Source of the DNA: Desulfobacterales bacterium
GTDB lineage: Bacteria; Desulfobacterota; Desulfobacteria; Desulfobacterales; B30-G6
Assembly: GCA_029939655.1 (NCBI GenBank)
Contig: JAOZSO010000002.1
Location: 2,116 to 34,333 of the forward strand
Direction: 5' to 3'
Length of the DNA: 32,218 nt
Shown: positions 16,970 through 25,703 of the stretch, piece by piece
How the letters are laid out: each line of letters starts with the position of its first letter
Numbering within the stretch: the first letter of the stretch is position 1
Translations under genes and position numbers: made by a program
The notes under the pieces: generated by a model
The model's input: the letters and a program-made list of their open reading frames with translations, nothing else
Told to the model about the DNA's origin: nothing
Databases searched by the model: none

Positions 16970-17754
16970 ATCAAACAATGGAACTGCTTCTCAATCGAAA
17001 GTCAGTTCGTGCATACGAGGAAAAAGAAATCAGCAACGAGGTCAAGGATACGATTCTGGCAGCGACAATGCGTGCTCCCACGGCAGGCAACATGATGCTG
17101 TATTCCATCATAGAGATCAAGGATCAAGACGCAAAGGACCAATTGGTCAAAACGTGTGACAATCAACCGTTTATCGCCAAGGCGCCACTTGTTTTGCTTT
17201 TCCTGGCGGATTACCAGCGGTGGTATGATTATTTCCACATATCCGGCGTGGATCAATACTGCGAGCAAAAGAAGATTACCATGCGCAAGCCACAGGAGGG
17301 GGACCTGTTTCTGGCCTGCTGCGACGCCCTCATTGCTGCACAAACAGCTGTCATCGCTGCGGAATCATTAGGAATTGGCTCCTGCTACATCGGGGACATC
17401 ATGGAGAACTACGAAGCGCACAAGGCAATGTTTGATTTGCCTAAGTATGTGTTTCCAATTACCCTGGTATGTTTCGGATATCCCACAAAACAGCAGCAGA
17501 AAAGAGAGTTGACACAACGATTTGATGAAAAATATGTGATATTTGAGGATCGATACAACCGTTTTGGCATGGAGGTGTTCGAAGAAATGTACCGAAAGCG
17601 TCATGCCCAGATGTTTGGTGAGAAAAAGGAAGTAAAAGGTGCCCGGAATGTCGGGCAGATGATGTATCAGCGAAAATTCGACGCAGATTTCGCTCATGAG
17701 ATGAACCGATCGGTGCAAGCTATGTTGCAGGCCTGGGTGAATGGGAAGCCATGA
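16966..17754 (+). CDS. Nitroreductase-family protein (NfsA/FRP-like)
   Basis: 262 aa. The N-terminus LLNRKSVRAYEEKEIS...APTAGNMM is typical of oxygen-insensitive NAD(P)H nitroreductases. Confidence 0.8.
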   Translation: MNQTMELLLNRKSVRAYEEKEISNEVKDTILAATMRAPTAGNMMLYSIIEIKDQDAKDQLVKTCDNQPFIAKAPLVLLFLADYQRWYDYFHISGVDQYCEQKKITMRKPQEGDLFLACCDALIAAQTAVIAAESLGIGSCYIGDIMENYEAHKAMFDLPKYVFPITLVCFGYPTKQQQKRELTQRFDEKYVIFEDRYNRFGMEVFEEMYRKRHAQMFGEKKEVKGARNVGQMMYQRKFDADFAHEMNRSVQAMLQAWVNGKP

Positions 17755-18037
17755 TCACGCAACCAGCGATGCCATCTGGATCGTAAAGAAATATGATCCG
17801 GAATCGCACTTGGTACAATTTTACAAAATAGAACCCCAGGAAAAAATTGGCGTGGTCACCGTAACATGTGCGGAACTGGGGGCTGAGAGAACAGACATTC
17901 AAGTGACATACAAATACATAGCGCTGTCAAAAACTGGGGAAAGTTTCATCGATGCATTCAATGAGGATGCTTATGAAGAATTCATGGGTGAATGGCAAAA
18001 ATTGCTATTGAAATATTTTGATTCGAAAGACAAGTAA
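17741..18037 (+). CDS. SRPBCC-like protein fragment (C-terminal part only; probably truncated)
   Basis: 98 aa overlapping the nitroreductase 3' end by 14 nt. From memory, the sequence resembles only the C-terminal two-thirds of roughly 150-aa SRPBCC proteins. Confidence 0.35.
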   Translation: MGSHDHATSDAIWIVKKYDPESHLVQFYKIEPQEKIGVVTVTCAELGAERTDIQVTYKYIALSKTGESFIDAFNEDAYEEFMGEWQKLLLKYFDSKDK

Positions 18038-18403
18038 ACAGAATCAGAAGACACCAAAAGTGCGATCCGTTCAAAATATCTCTCACAAAGAAATCATTGA
18101 TCTTTTGGGTAAGTGTTGGATGACGCATGACGGCATGAAAAGGTTGGGCGCCATAGACAAGTACAAATGCGGGGTCCTTTACAGAATTAAATGTTGGCTG
18201 GATGCACTTGAAATTAAAAACAGATTCGACCCTCGGATCGATAAATGCAACATGTATTTCAATGGGAATTGCGCGGGAGAAATCTACCTGTTTTGAAGGC
18301 CATTCACAAAAACAAAGAGTTGCAAAAATATTTCGAAAAGGCTGATTTTATAGATGTAAAAATTTTCGAAGGTAATACAACCGGACCAGGCTTTCATTCT
18401 TGA
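18018..18403 (+). pseudogene. Composite gene debris: a DUF6125-like fragment, an in-frame TGA (18294-18296), then a methyltransferase-like C-terminal tail
   Basis: LLGKCWMTHDGM...FDPRIDKC is DUF6125-like but much too short. After the TGA the same frame reads KAIHKNKELQKYFEKADFIDVKIFEGNTTGPGFHS-stop, which resembles a SAM-methyltransferase C-terminus. Confidence 0.3.
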
Positions 18404-18481
18404 TAAATATAGGTTATTGGTGGAAAGTATGCTCTGATTGAGCTACCCGAACAAATAGAGATCCATAACATAGGAGGCAAT

Positions 18482-19030
18482 ATGTACTTCGAAAAACCTG
18501 GACGCGACAACACAGATACAACCGTTGAACTGGCCTATGAACGGGCCAAAGCCCTTGGCATCGACGAGGTGGTGGTGGCCTCTTCAAAGGGCTATACCGC
18601 CCACAAGGTGCTTGATGTTTTTAAAGGATTCAAGATTGTAGTGGTCACCTACCACAGCGGATTTAAAGAACCATTTCAGTCCGTCATGCCGGAATCGGTT
18701 CGCACCGACCTGGAGGAGAGCGGTGCTACCGTGATATCCGCCACCCATGCGCTGTCGGGCGTAGAGCGATCGCTTTTCAACAAGTATTCCGGTGGTTACC
18801 CGGTTCTTATCATTGCCGATACTCTTCGACTGTTCGGCCAGGGTACCAAAGTAGCCGTGGAGATCGCCATCATGGCGACCGATGGCGGCACGCTTTCCGG
18901 TGAGGACATCGTCTCCATCGGCGGCACCGGAAAAGGCGCCGATGCAGCACTGATCCTGAAGCCTGCTAATCAGTCGCATCTCTTTGACTTGCGCGTCAGG
19001 GAGGTGGTGTGTAAACCGAGCTCGTTTTAG
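18482..19030 (+). CDS. Pyruvate kinase alpha/beta (C-terminal) domain-like protein
   Basis: 182 aa. MYFEKPGRDNTDTTVELAYERAKALGIDEVVVASSKGYTA...GTKVAVEIAIMATDGG is typical of the standalone PK_C-like family. RBS is AGGAGG. Confidence 0.7.
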   Translation: MYFEKPGRDNTDTTVELAYERAKALGIDEVVVASSKGYTAHKVLDVFKGFKIVVVTYHSGFKEPFQSVMPESVRTDLEESGATVISATHALSGVERSLFNKYSGGYPVLIIADTLRLFGQGTKVAVEIAIMATDGGTLSGEDIVSIGGTGKGADAALILKPANQSHLFDLRVREVVCKPSSF

Positions 19031-19050
19031 TGTTATATCCCGTAAATAAG

Positions 19051-19150
19051 TGACATAAATATGTCACTCCCGCGCAGGCGGGAGTCCAGAAAACCAACAT
19101 CTGGATTCCTGCCTCCGCAGAGCCTGCCCCTGCGAAGGCAGGGGAATGAC
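19051..19150. repeat. GC-rich nested-palindrome (REP/MITE-like) intergenic element
   Basis: Hairpins are tgacat-aaat-atgtca, ctcccgc-gcag-gcgggag, tccag-N11-ctgga and cccctgc-gaag-gcagggg. The ends are inverted (gtcactccc ... ggggaatgac). Translating it gives the MSLPRRRES-type pseudo-ORF seen for such repeats. Confidence 0.6.
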
Positions 19151-19298
19151 GAATTGAACTACTTCTCGACATGCACAATTATTTTGCACGGAACATCCAT
19201 TTCTGCCCTTTCTGTGGAGAGCCGGTCAATTGATAACGACACCTTCCTCAAACCCGCATGACCACCAACACGATCCACTTTTTGAGTGCCGGCGTCAC

Positions 19299-19760
19299 GT
19301 GGTACTGGTCTCACCTGATATTCACTGGAATACGGGAAACATCGGACGAACCTGCCTAGGTACCGGAACAACCCTGCACCTCATCAAACCACTTGGATTT
19401 TCTCTGAATAGTCGATGGGTAAAACGCGCCGGCCTGGATTACTGGCAACATGTCGATCTGAAGATCTGGGAAGACTTTCAGACTTTTCTAAAGGTCGCAG
19501 TACCTGAAAAGGATGAAATATTTCTTTTCAGCAAAAAAGGCTCCAAACCATTCTGGTCCATGCCGGCTATGAAAAGAATGTTCCTTGTATTCGGATCCGA
19601 AACCAAAGGGCTCCCCCCGTCCATTCTGGACGCCTATTCAAACGCTGTTTATTATATTCCCATCACGCGACACATCCGTTCCCTGAACCTCTCTTCGGCC
19701 GTCGGTATTGTTTTGTTTGAAACCCTTCGATCTTTTTGGGACAACCAACAAGATCGTTGA
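19299..19760 (+). CDS. trmL: tRNA (cytidine/uridine-2'-O-)-methyltransferase TrmL (SpoU/TrmH family)
   Basis: VVLVSPDIHWNTGNIGRTC...LHLIKPLGF...RAGLDYW...FGSETKGLP...IPI...RSLNLSSAVGIVLFE aligns along the whole of E. coli TrmL. The start is uncertain: GTG 19299 fits the alignment, and the track uses TTG 19230. Confidence 0.8.
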   Translation: MVLVSPDIHWNTGNIGRTCLGTGTTLHLIKPLGFSLNSRWVKRAGLDYWQHVDLKIWEDFQTFLKVAVPEKDEIFLFSKKGSKPFWSMPAMKRMFLVFGSETKGLPPSILDAYSNAVYYIPITRHIRSLNLSSAVGIVLFETLRSFWDNQQDR

Positions 19761-19770
19761 TCTAAAAAAA

Positions 19771-19800
19771 GGATTCAAGGATTCCAGGGGTCCAGGATTC
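19771..19800. repeat. Left inverted-repeat flank of the four-helix-bundle gene remnant
   Basis: ttccaggggtccaggattc (19782-19800) is the reverse complement of 19979-19997 at 18 of 19 positions. ggattcaagga also recurs inverted at 19971-19984. Confidence 0.6.
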
Positions 19801-19807
19801 GAGTGAT

Positions 19808-19980
19808 ATGCTTAAAAATTATAAAGAGTTAAACGTTTGGCAGAAATCATATAAGCTTTGTTTGCATATATATATGTGTAAAAAGAGAGGTGTCAGAAAT
19901 TAAGAGAGGAAATTGGGGATGTCGAGAGAATGATGAAAGCCTTGATCAAATCCCTGGAAATCAAACACTTGGATCCTTGA
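19808..19980 (+). pseudogene. Internally deleted four-helix-bundle (23S rRNA intervening-sequence-type) protein gene
   Basis: The N-terminus MLKNYKELNVWQKSYKLCLHIY carries the family's (L)xVWQK(A/S) motif, then a stop. The C-terminal frame reads EEIGDVERMMKALIKSLEIKHLDP-stop. The roughly 80-aa middle is missing. Confidence 0.55.
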
Positions 19981-20000
19981 ATCCTCGACCCCTGGAACCC
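19971..20000. repeat. Right inverted-repeat flank of the four-helix-bundle gene remnant
   Basis: gaatcctcgacccctggaa (19979-19997) pairs with 19782-19800. Confidence 0.6.
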
Positions 20001-20094
20001 TTTCTCCCAACTAATTGGGAGAAGAGCCAAATTTTAATAATACGCTCTCTATGCGACACATTTCATTGAACTTCAAAGATACCTCAGGGGTAAT

Positions 20095-20122
20095 TTGACA
20101 TAAAATGGCACGTGCTTATATT
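20095..20122 (+). promoter_or_regulatory. Sigma70-type promoter candidate for clpB (TTGACA-N16-TATATT)
   Basis: The hexamers are read directly from the sequence. An AT-rich leader of roughly 80 nt follows, containing a small hairpin (gggat-gttttg-atccc) before RBS GGAGG. Confidence 0.45.
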
Positions 20123-20204
20123 ATGCCTGCATTTATAAGATATTATATATATTATTTCAATTAGTTATGGGATGTTTTGATCCCATTTGGCTGTGGAGGA
20201 ACAT

Positions 20205-22790
20205 ATGCGGTTAGATAAATTCACCATAAAGGCGCAGGAACTGATTCAACAGGCCCAATCCCTGGCTGGCCGGCACGGTAACCAGCAGATCGTGCCGGAG
20301 CATCTCCTGAACGTCATGCTGAAGGACTCGGAAGGCATCGCGACTGGAATTCTTCTGAAACTTGGCGTCTCCCCAAAAACAATCCTTCCTGATATCGAAC
20401 AAGTAGTGAGCCGCCTCACCAAGGTCTCAGGCACCGGGGATGTCTATTTTTCAGCGTCTACCAGGCATGTGCTGGACGCCGCATTTGCCGAGGCTGACAA
20501 AATGAAGGATGCGTATGTCAGCATCGAGCACATTTTTCTTGCCCTTCTGGATGAAAAGGAATCCGAAGCCTCAAAAATCCTTCACAAACAGGGTGTTTCA
20601 CGTGAGACCGTTTTGAAGGTTCTCATGGATATCCGGGGAACCCAGCGGATTACAGACCCCAACCCAGAAGAAAAATACCAGGCACTCGATAAGTTCAGCA
20701 GGGATCTTACCAGCAGCGCCCGACGGGGGAAACTCGACCCGGTTATCGGCAGGGATGATGAAATAAGACGTATCGTTCAAGTCCTGTCACGGCGAAAAAA
20801 AAACAATCCTGTCCTCATCGGAGAACCGGGCGTCGGTAAAACTGCCATTGTCGAAGGATTGGCCCAGCGGATTGTTGAAGGTGATGTTTCAGAAACGCTC
20901 AAGAACCGGCGGCTTGTATCCCTCGACATGGGCGCTCTGATTGCAGGCGCCAAGTATCGTGGAGAATTCGAGGATCGACTCAAGGCGGTACTGAAGGAAG
21001 TTGAAGAAGCTGAAGGTGATGTGATTCTATTCATCGATGAACTGCACACCCTGGTTGGCGCCGGGGCCAGTGAAGGAGCTATGGATGCATCGAACATGCT
21101 CAAGCCGGCTTTGGCGCGTGGTACCCTGCGCTGTGTAGGTGCCACGACCTTGAACGAATACCGAAAATATATTGAAAAAGACGCTGCCCTTGAAAGACGC
21201 TTTCAGCCGGTCATGGTAAGGGAACCTTGTGTGGAAGACACCATCTCTATTCTCCGGGGATTAAAAGAAAAATATGAAGTCCACCATGGCGTCCGGATAA
21301 AGGATTCTGCCATTGTTGCGGCTGCAACTCTTTCTAACCGATATATCACGGATCGCTTCCTGCCGGACAAGGCCATCGATCTCATCGATGAATGTGCCTC
21401 CAAACTAAGGATCGAAATCGACAGCATGCCGGCAGAGATCGATGAAATCCAGCGTAAAATGACCCAACTTGAAATCGAAAAGGAAGCCTTGAAAAAAGAA
21501 TCCGACAAAGCCTCCAAGGAGCGTCTCTCCAGGTTGGAGGCCGACCTGAGCAGTTTTAAAGCAGACATTATACAAATGAAAGTCCACTGGCAAAATGAAA
21601 AGGACCTGATTCAAACCATCCGGGAAATAAAGGAAAAGCAGGAACAACTAGGCATTGAAGCCCAGAAATTCGAAAGACAAGGCGACCTGGCCAGGGTTGC
21701 GGAAATACGCTATGGCCTTTCCACCGAACTTGAGAAACAGTTACAGAAAGCCATGCAAGAGCTCTCCCGGCTCCAGGAAAACAAAAAAATGCTGAAGGAG
21801 GAAGTCGAGGAGGATGATATTGCCGAGGTCGTCTCTCGCTGGACAGGCATCCCCGTCAAGAAAATGCTCGAAGGTGAACGCGAAAAACTGGTTCATATGG
21901 AGGAAAGACTCTCCCGTCGTGTCATCGGTCAAACCGAAGCCATTTCCGCCGTTTCGAATGCCGTCCGAAGAGCACGCTCCGGGCTGCAGGACCCCAACCG
22001 ACCCATCGGCTCCTTCATATTCATGGGCCCCACCGGTGTCGGGAAAACAGAACTTGCCAAGGCATTGGCTGAGTTCATCTTTGACAGCGAACAGGCCATC
22101 GTACGTATCGACATGTCCGAGTATATGGAAAAGCATGCCGTATCAAGATTGATCGGTGCGCCCCCGGGCTATGTGGGGTATGACGAAGGTGGATTCTTGA
22201 CGGAAGCTGTTCGCAGAAAACCCTATGCCGTTGTTCTGTTCGATGAAATTGAAAAGGCACACCCGGAAGTCTTCAATGTACTGCTCCAGATATTGGATGA
22301 TGGCAGGATGACCGATGGGCACGGCCGAACTGTCGATTTCAAGAACTCCCTCATCATCATGACCTCAAACGTGGGCAGCCGGCATATTCAAGAACTGGCG
22401 CAGGAAAACCGGTCTGAGATGGAAGCGCATGTCACCGCTGCCTTACGGGCAAGTTTCAAACCGGAGTTTTTGAACCGGATCGATGAAACCATCATATTTC
22501 ACAACCTGACCCCCGAGCAGATTGTAAAAATCGTAGGGATTCAAATGGAACGCCTTAAGGTCCGTCTTGCAGAGCAGAACATCGAACTGGTACTTGCCGA
22601 CCAGGCTACAACGTTTCTGGCCGGGAAAGGATACGATCCAACATACGGCGCCAGACCCTTGAAGCGGATAATCCAGAAGCATATCGAAAACCCGCTGTCC
22701 ATGAAAATTTTAAAGGGTGACCTTCTGCCTGGTTCGAAAATCAACGTGGAAGTTGCCGGCGACAGCCTGGTATTTCAGGTGCTTGAATAA
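20205..22790 (+). CDS. clpB: ATP-dependent disaggregase ClpB
   Basis: 861 aa from ATG 20205 (GGAGG RBS). It has two AAA+ modules ([18 protein letters not shown] and [17 protein letters not shown]), a long middle coiled coil, and the Clp_N repeat at the N-terminus. Confidence 0.95.
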   Translation: MRLDKFTIKAQELIQQAQSLAGRHGNQQIVPEHLLNVMLKDSEGIATGILLKLGVSPKTILPDIEQVVSRLTKVSGTGDVYFSASTRHVLDAAFAEADKMKDAYVSIEHIFLALLDEKESEASKILHKQGVSRETVLKVLMDIRGTQRITDPNPEEKYQALDKFSRDLTSSARRGKLDPVIGRDDEIRRIVQVLSRRKKNNPVLIGEPGVGKTAIVEGLAQRIVEGDVSETLKNRRLVSLDMGALIAGAKYRGEFEDRLKAVLKEVEEAEGDVILFIDELHTLVGAGASEGAMDASNMLKPALARGTLRCVGATTLNEYRKYIEKDAALERRFQPVMVREPCVEDTISILRGLKEKYEVHHGVRIKDSAIVAAATLSNRYITDRFLPDKAIDLIDECASKLRIEIDSMPAEIDEIQRKMTQLEIEKEALKKESDKASKERLSRLEADLSSFKADIIQMKVHWQNEKDLIQTIREIKEKQEQLGIEAQKFERQGDLARVAEIRYGLSTELEKQLQKAMQELSRLQENKKMLKEEVEEDDIAEVVSRWTGIPVKKMLEGEREKLVHMEERLSRRVIGQTEAISAVSNAVRRARSGLQDPNRPIGSFIFMGPTGVGKTELAKALAEFIFDSEQAIVRIDMSEYMEKHAVSRLIGAPPGYVGYDEGGFLTEAVRRKPYAVVLFDEIEKAHPEVFNVLLQILDDGRMTDGHGRTVDFKNSLIIMTSNVGSRHIQELAQENRSEMEAHVTAALRASFKPEFLNRIDETIIFHNLTPEQIVKIVGIQMERLKVRLAEQNIELVLADQATTFLAGKGYDPTYGARPLKRIIQKHIENPLSMKILKGDLLPGSKINVEVAGDSLVFQVLE

Positions 22791-22796
22791 ATAATG

Positions 22797-22825
22797 ATAA
22801 TAAAATCGTTCCACGATTTTATTAT
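22797..22825 (+). terminator. AT-rich 13-bp perfect hairpin after clpB (ataataaaatcgt-tcc-acgattttattat)
   Basis: It begins 7 nt after the clpB stop. The stem is AT-rich, so its strength as an intrinsic terminator is uncertain. Confidence 0.4.
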
Positions 22826-22887
22826 TGATATATTCAGCGACTCATCATACGGTTAAAAGATATCAAAAAATAATCAATCATTGCAAT

Positions 22888-23904
22888 ATGGTGAAAACAC
22901 ATATGCTTTTAACATCAAAAGATAGGGTCAGCCGGTTCTACAATCAATTCACCTCCGATGACCGGGTGCTCATTCTGATCAATGCGGACCCGGATGCCAT
23001 TGGAAGCGCCATGGCCGTTAAGCGTCTTTTATGGCGGAAGGTGAACAACATCACCATTTCCAATATCAATGTCATCGATCGACCGGATAACTGCGCCATG
23101 GTGGAGCTTCTGGGTGTCAAACTCACCCATATAAAGAATCTGGATAAAACGCGCTTCAATCGGGTTGTAATGGTGGACTCGCAACCTTCCCACAATGTTT
23201 TGTTTGAAAAATTTACCGTTGATATAGTCATCGACCACCATCCCGATACCGGCAGTAAAGCCCCCTTTCAGGACATCCGGCCCAAATACGGTGCCACGGC
23301 CAGCATCATGACGGAATATTTAAGAGCTGCGAGAATCAAACCCGCCATCAAACTGGCCACGGCACTGCTGCTGGGTATTAAAAACGATACCAGCAATTTT
23401 GAACAACAAACACTGGTGGAAGATGTGCGTTCCTTCCAGTATCTGTTCCGTCATGCCAATAAACACCTGGTCAGGAAGATCGAACAATCCGAAATCAGGC
23501 CGGATTATTTAAAATTTTTTAAAAAGGCGCTTGAAAACAGACGTGTTCGAAAAGGGAAGGTCTTTGTTTTCCTGGGACCGGTGCCCAATCCCGACATCTG
23601 CGTTCTGATTGCAGATTTCTTTTTAAAAATCAGCTCCATCAAATGGAGTATCGTTGCCGGATATCACCAGAAAAAACTGGTCATCATATTCAGGAGCGAT
23701 GGTCTGCGTAAGAACGCCGGCAAAATTGCGGAACAGGGATTCGCTGAATTCGGATCTGCCGGCGGCCACAAAGCCATGGCACGGGCTGAGATCGATCTCG
23801 CCATGCTGAGGCCTCTCATCGACCATAAGGATGACAGAAAGGTCGTTCGTTGGATCATGAATCAGATCAAGACCAAAACCCAAACACCCCTACCGGTACA
23901 ATAA
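22888..23904 (+). CDS. DHH-family phosphoesterase (NrnA-like oligoribonuclease / pAp phosphatase)
   Basis: Motifs are INADPDAIGS, VIDHHPD, a DHHA1-type GGGH equivalent (SAGGHKAMA) and GIKNDT. The start is ambiguous between ATG 22888 and 22903. Confidence 0.75.
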   Translation: MVKTHMLLTSKDRVSRFYNQFTSDDRVLILINADPDAIGSAMAVKRLLWRKVNNITISNINVIDRPDNCAMVELLGVKLTHIKNLDKTRFNRVVMVDSQPSHNVLFEKFTVDIVIDHHPDTGSKAPFQDIRPKYGATASIMTEYLRAARIKPAIKLATALLLGIKNDTSNFEQQTLVEDVRSFQYLFRHANKHLVRKIEQSEIRPDYLKFFKKALENRRVRKGKVFVFLGPVPNPDICVLIADFFLKISSIKWSIVAGYHQKKLVIIFRSDGLRKNAGKIAEQGFAEFGSAGGHKAMARAEIDLAMLRPLIDHKDDRKVVRWIMNQIKTKTQTPLPVQ

Positions 23905-23905
23905 A

Positions 23906-24679
23906 ATGACCCCGACCTCCGTAACCATACTCGGTTCCGGTACATGTGTGCCTTCTTTGAAGCGCAGTTCATGCGCCGTCCTTTTGGAAATCGGTGAGGC
24001 AAAGCTCCTTTTTGATTCCGGGCCGGGCACCATGCATCGCCTTTTAAGTACCGGCATCCAGATCTTTGATATTGATGTCATTTGTTACAGCCATTTTCAC
24101 CCGGATCACACAGGAGAACTGGTACCCTTTATCTTTGCCACCAAGTACCCGGACAGCAACAGGCGGAACCGATTGTTGACCATCATCGGAGGCAACGGGT
24201 TTGTCAATTTTATCAATGGACTGAAAGCTGTATACGGCGATGGGCTGGAACTGCCCGACGGCATGCTGCGCTTTCTCGAACTCGACAACAACGGGCCGGA
24301 CAGCCGAAACTTTGCATCTTTTATCCTGGAAACAATGTCCATGAATCACCGGGAAGAGAGCATCGGATACCGCATCACGAATCCCGACGGCAAATCAATC
24401 GTCTATTCAGGAGATACCGACACGAATGAAAACCTGGTTTCCCTTGCCACGGGGGCCGATCTTCTCATCTGCGAATCGGCAATGCCGGATGCATTGAAAG
24501 TCCCGGGGCACCTGACTCCATCGCTGGCCGGTGACATGGCAACCCGCGCCAATGTAAAAAAACTGGTGCTAACCCATTTGTACCCGGAATGTGACCAGGT
24601 CGATTTAGCAGCCCAGTGCCGCAAGACATATCAGGGGCCCCTTGTGATAGCGGAAGATTTAATGAAGATAGAACTTTAA
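23906..24679 (+). CDS. MBL-fold metallo-hydrolase (RNase Z/ElaC-like)
   Basis: 257 aa. It has the HFHPDH motif, the N-terminal ILGSG...P pattern and a later GDTD motif. It starts 1 nt after the DHH gene stop. Confidence 0.75.
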   Translation: MTPTSVTILGSGTCVPSLKRSSCAVLLEIGEAKLLFDSGPGTMHRLLSTGIQIFDIDVICYSHFHPDHTGELVPFIFATKYPDSNRRNRLLTIIGGNGFVNFINGLKAVYGDGLELPDGMLRFLELDNNGPDSRNFASFILETMSMNHREESIGYRITNPDGKSIVYSGDTDTNENLVSLATGADLLICESAMPDALKVPGHLTPSLAGDMATRANVKKLVLTHLYPECDQVDLAAQCRKTYQGPLVIAEDLMKIEL

Positions 24680-24845
24680 ACAAACCAGCGGTCCAGGTTC
24701 CAAGGGTCCGAGGGGAAAAAGAATAGGGTCTGAGGGTTGTAGGTTTGGAGGGTAGCTGTGGCTATCTGCTATAAGCAACCTAACAGTCTACAAGTTAGCT
24801 TTTACGTTTTAGGTAACCTCCAAGCGATGAGCTATCAGCGGCAAC

Positions 24846-24933
24846 AAATTACGCCCGAAGGCTAATTACCATAAATGACAGCCGAAGGCTAAATATCGCG
24901 CGCAGCGCAAATGACGCACGAAGTGCAAATGAC
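24846..24933. repeat. Array of four mini-hairpins, each flanked by AAAT(N)AC-type spacers
   Basis: The hairpins are gcc-cgaa-ggc (24853-24862), gcc-gaa-ggc (24881-24889), gcgc-gca-gcgc (24898-24908) and gcac-gaa-gtgc (24916-24926). Between them lie aaattac, taattac, aaatgac, taaatatc, aaatgac and aaatgac. Confidence 0.5.
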
Positions 24934-25010
24934 ATGAACAGTCTTAATTTCGTTAGGTGTTTATAATATGGCCCGGACAATCAAATAGACCCGGAGTTAT
25001 TGTTAGTATT

Positions 25011-25703
25011 ATGCGATATTATCCCATTTTTCTAGATATAAAAGACCGTAACTGCCTGGTGGTCGGCGGTGGTGATGTCGGCACCCGAAAAGTTGAAATG
25101 CTGCTCGAATGCGGTGCGTCGGTCACGGTCGTAAGCCTCGATGCCTCCGAAACGTTGAAACGGTTATTCGAAGACCAGCGTATCACCCTTGTTACCCGTG
25201 CTTACAGACCATCCGATCTGGATAACAGTTTCCTAATCATTGGCGCCACCAACGATGAGCGACTGAATCAACAGCTCAGCATGGATGCAGAAAAATGTAA
25301 CCTGTTATGCAATATTGCCGATAGACCGGCGGCCTGTAATTTTATCCTACCGGCCATTGTTCAGCAAGGTGACCTGGTTATGGCGATCTCTACGTCAGGA
25401 AAAAGCCCGGCCTTTGCAAAGAAACTGCGTAAAGACCTTGAAAAACAATTTGGTGAAGCATATGCCGTCTTCCTGAATTTAATGGGCTCCATTCGAAACC
25501 GCCTTCTCCTGGAAAAACATGCACCGGAACAACACAAACCCCTTTTTCAAAAAATTATATACAGTGATATTATTTCGTGGATTCAAAATCGCCAATTTAA
25601 AGAAATCGATCGTCTGCTTCTTGACGTGCTGGGCCCCGGCTATACTGTTGACGAATTATTGAAGCCCGATTTCAGCCATAACGAAACAAAGGGTGCGAAA
25701 TGA
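25011..25703 (+). CDS. Precorrin-2 dehydrogenase / sirohydrochlorin ferrochelatase (SirC/Met8/CysG N-terminal type)
   Basis: MRYYPIFLDIKDRNCLVVGGGDVGTRKVEMLLECGASVTVVS is the classic siroheme synthase N-terminal Rossmann module. I chose the ATG at 25011 rather than the track start at 24957. Confidence 0.85.
   Translation: MRYYPIFLDIKDRNCLVVGGGDVGTRKVEMLLECGASVTVVSLDASETLKRLFEDQRITLVTRAYRPSDLDNSFLIIGATNDERLNQQLSMDAEKCNLLCNIADRPAACNFILPAIVQQGDLVMAISTSGKSPAFAKKLRKDLEKQFGEAYAVFLNLMGSIRNRLLLEKHAPEQHKPLFQKIIYSDIISWIQNRQFKEIDRLLLDVLGPGYTVDELLKPDFSHNETKGAK

Noticed and set aside
18294-18296. An in-frame TGA that might encode selenocysteine, because coding-like sequence continues after it.
   Set aside because: The flanking sequences look like fragments of two unrelated genes. 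I saw no obvious SECIS-like hairpin immediately downstream, so a pseudogene junction is more parsimonious.
19061-19261. A 66-aa ORF (MSLPRRRESRKPTSGFLPPQSLPLRRQGNDEL...).
   Set aside because: It is a translation of the GC-rich palindromic repeat element, a pseudo-peptide type commonly produced by such repeats.
20107-20122. A sigma54-like -24 box (TGGCACG) upstream of clpB.
   Set aside because: The -12 position reads TATA rather than TTGC/GC. The same bases fit better as the spacer and -10 of a TTGACA-N16-TATATT sigma70 promoter.
20171-20186. The hairpin gggat-gttttg-atccc in the clpB leader as an RNA thermometer.
   Set aside because: The stem does not pair with the Shine-Dalgarno sequence, and no ROSE or fourU signature is evident.
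24846-24933. Possible CRISPR-like or tandem-repeat array.
   Set aside because: The units are only about 18-28 nt including their spacers, there are no unique spacers, and no cas genes are present. I kept it as a hairpin-array observation only.
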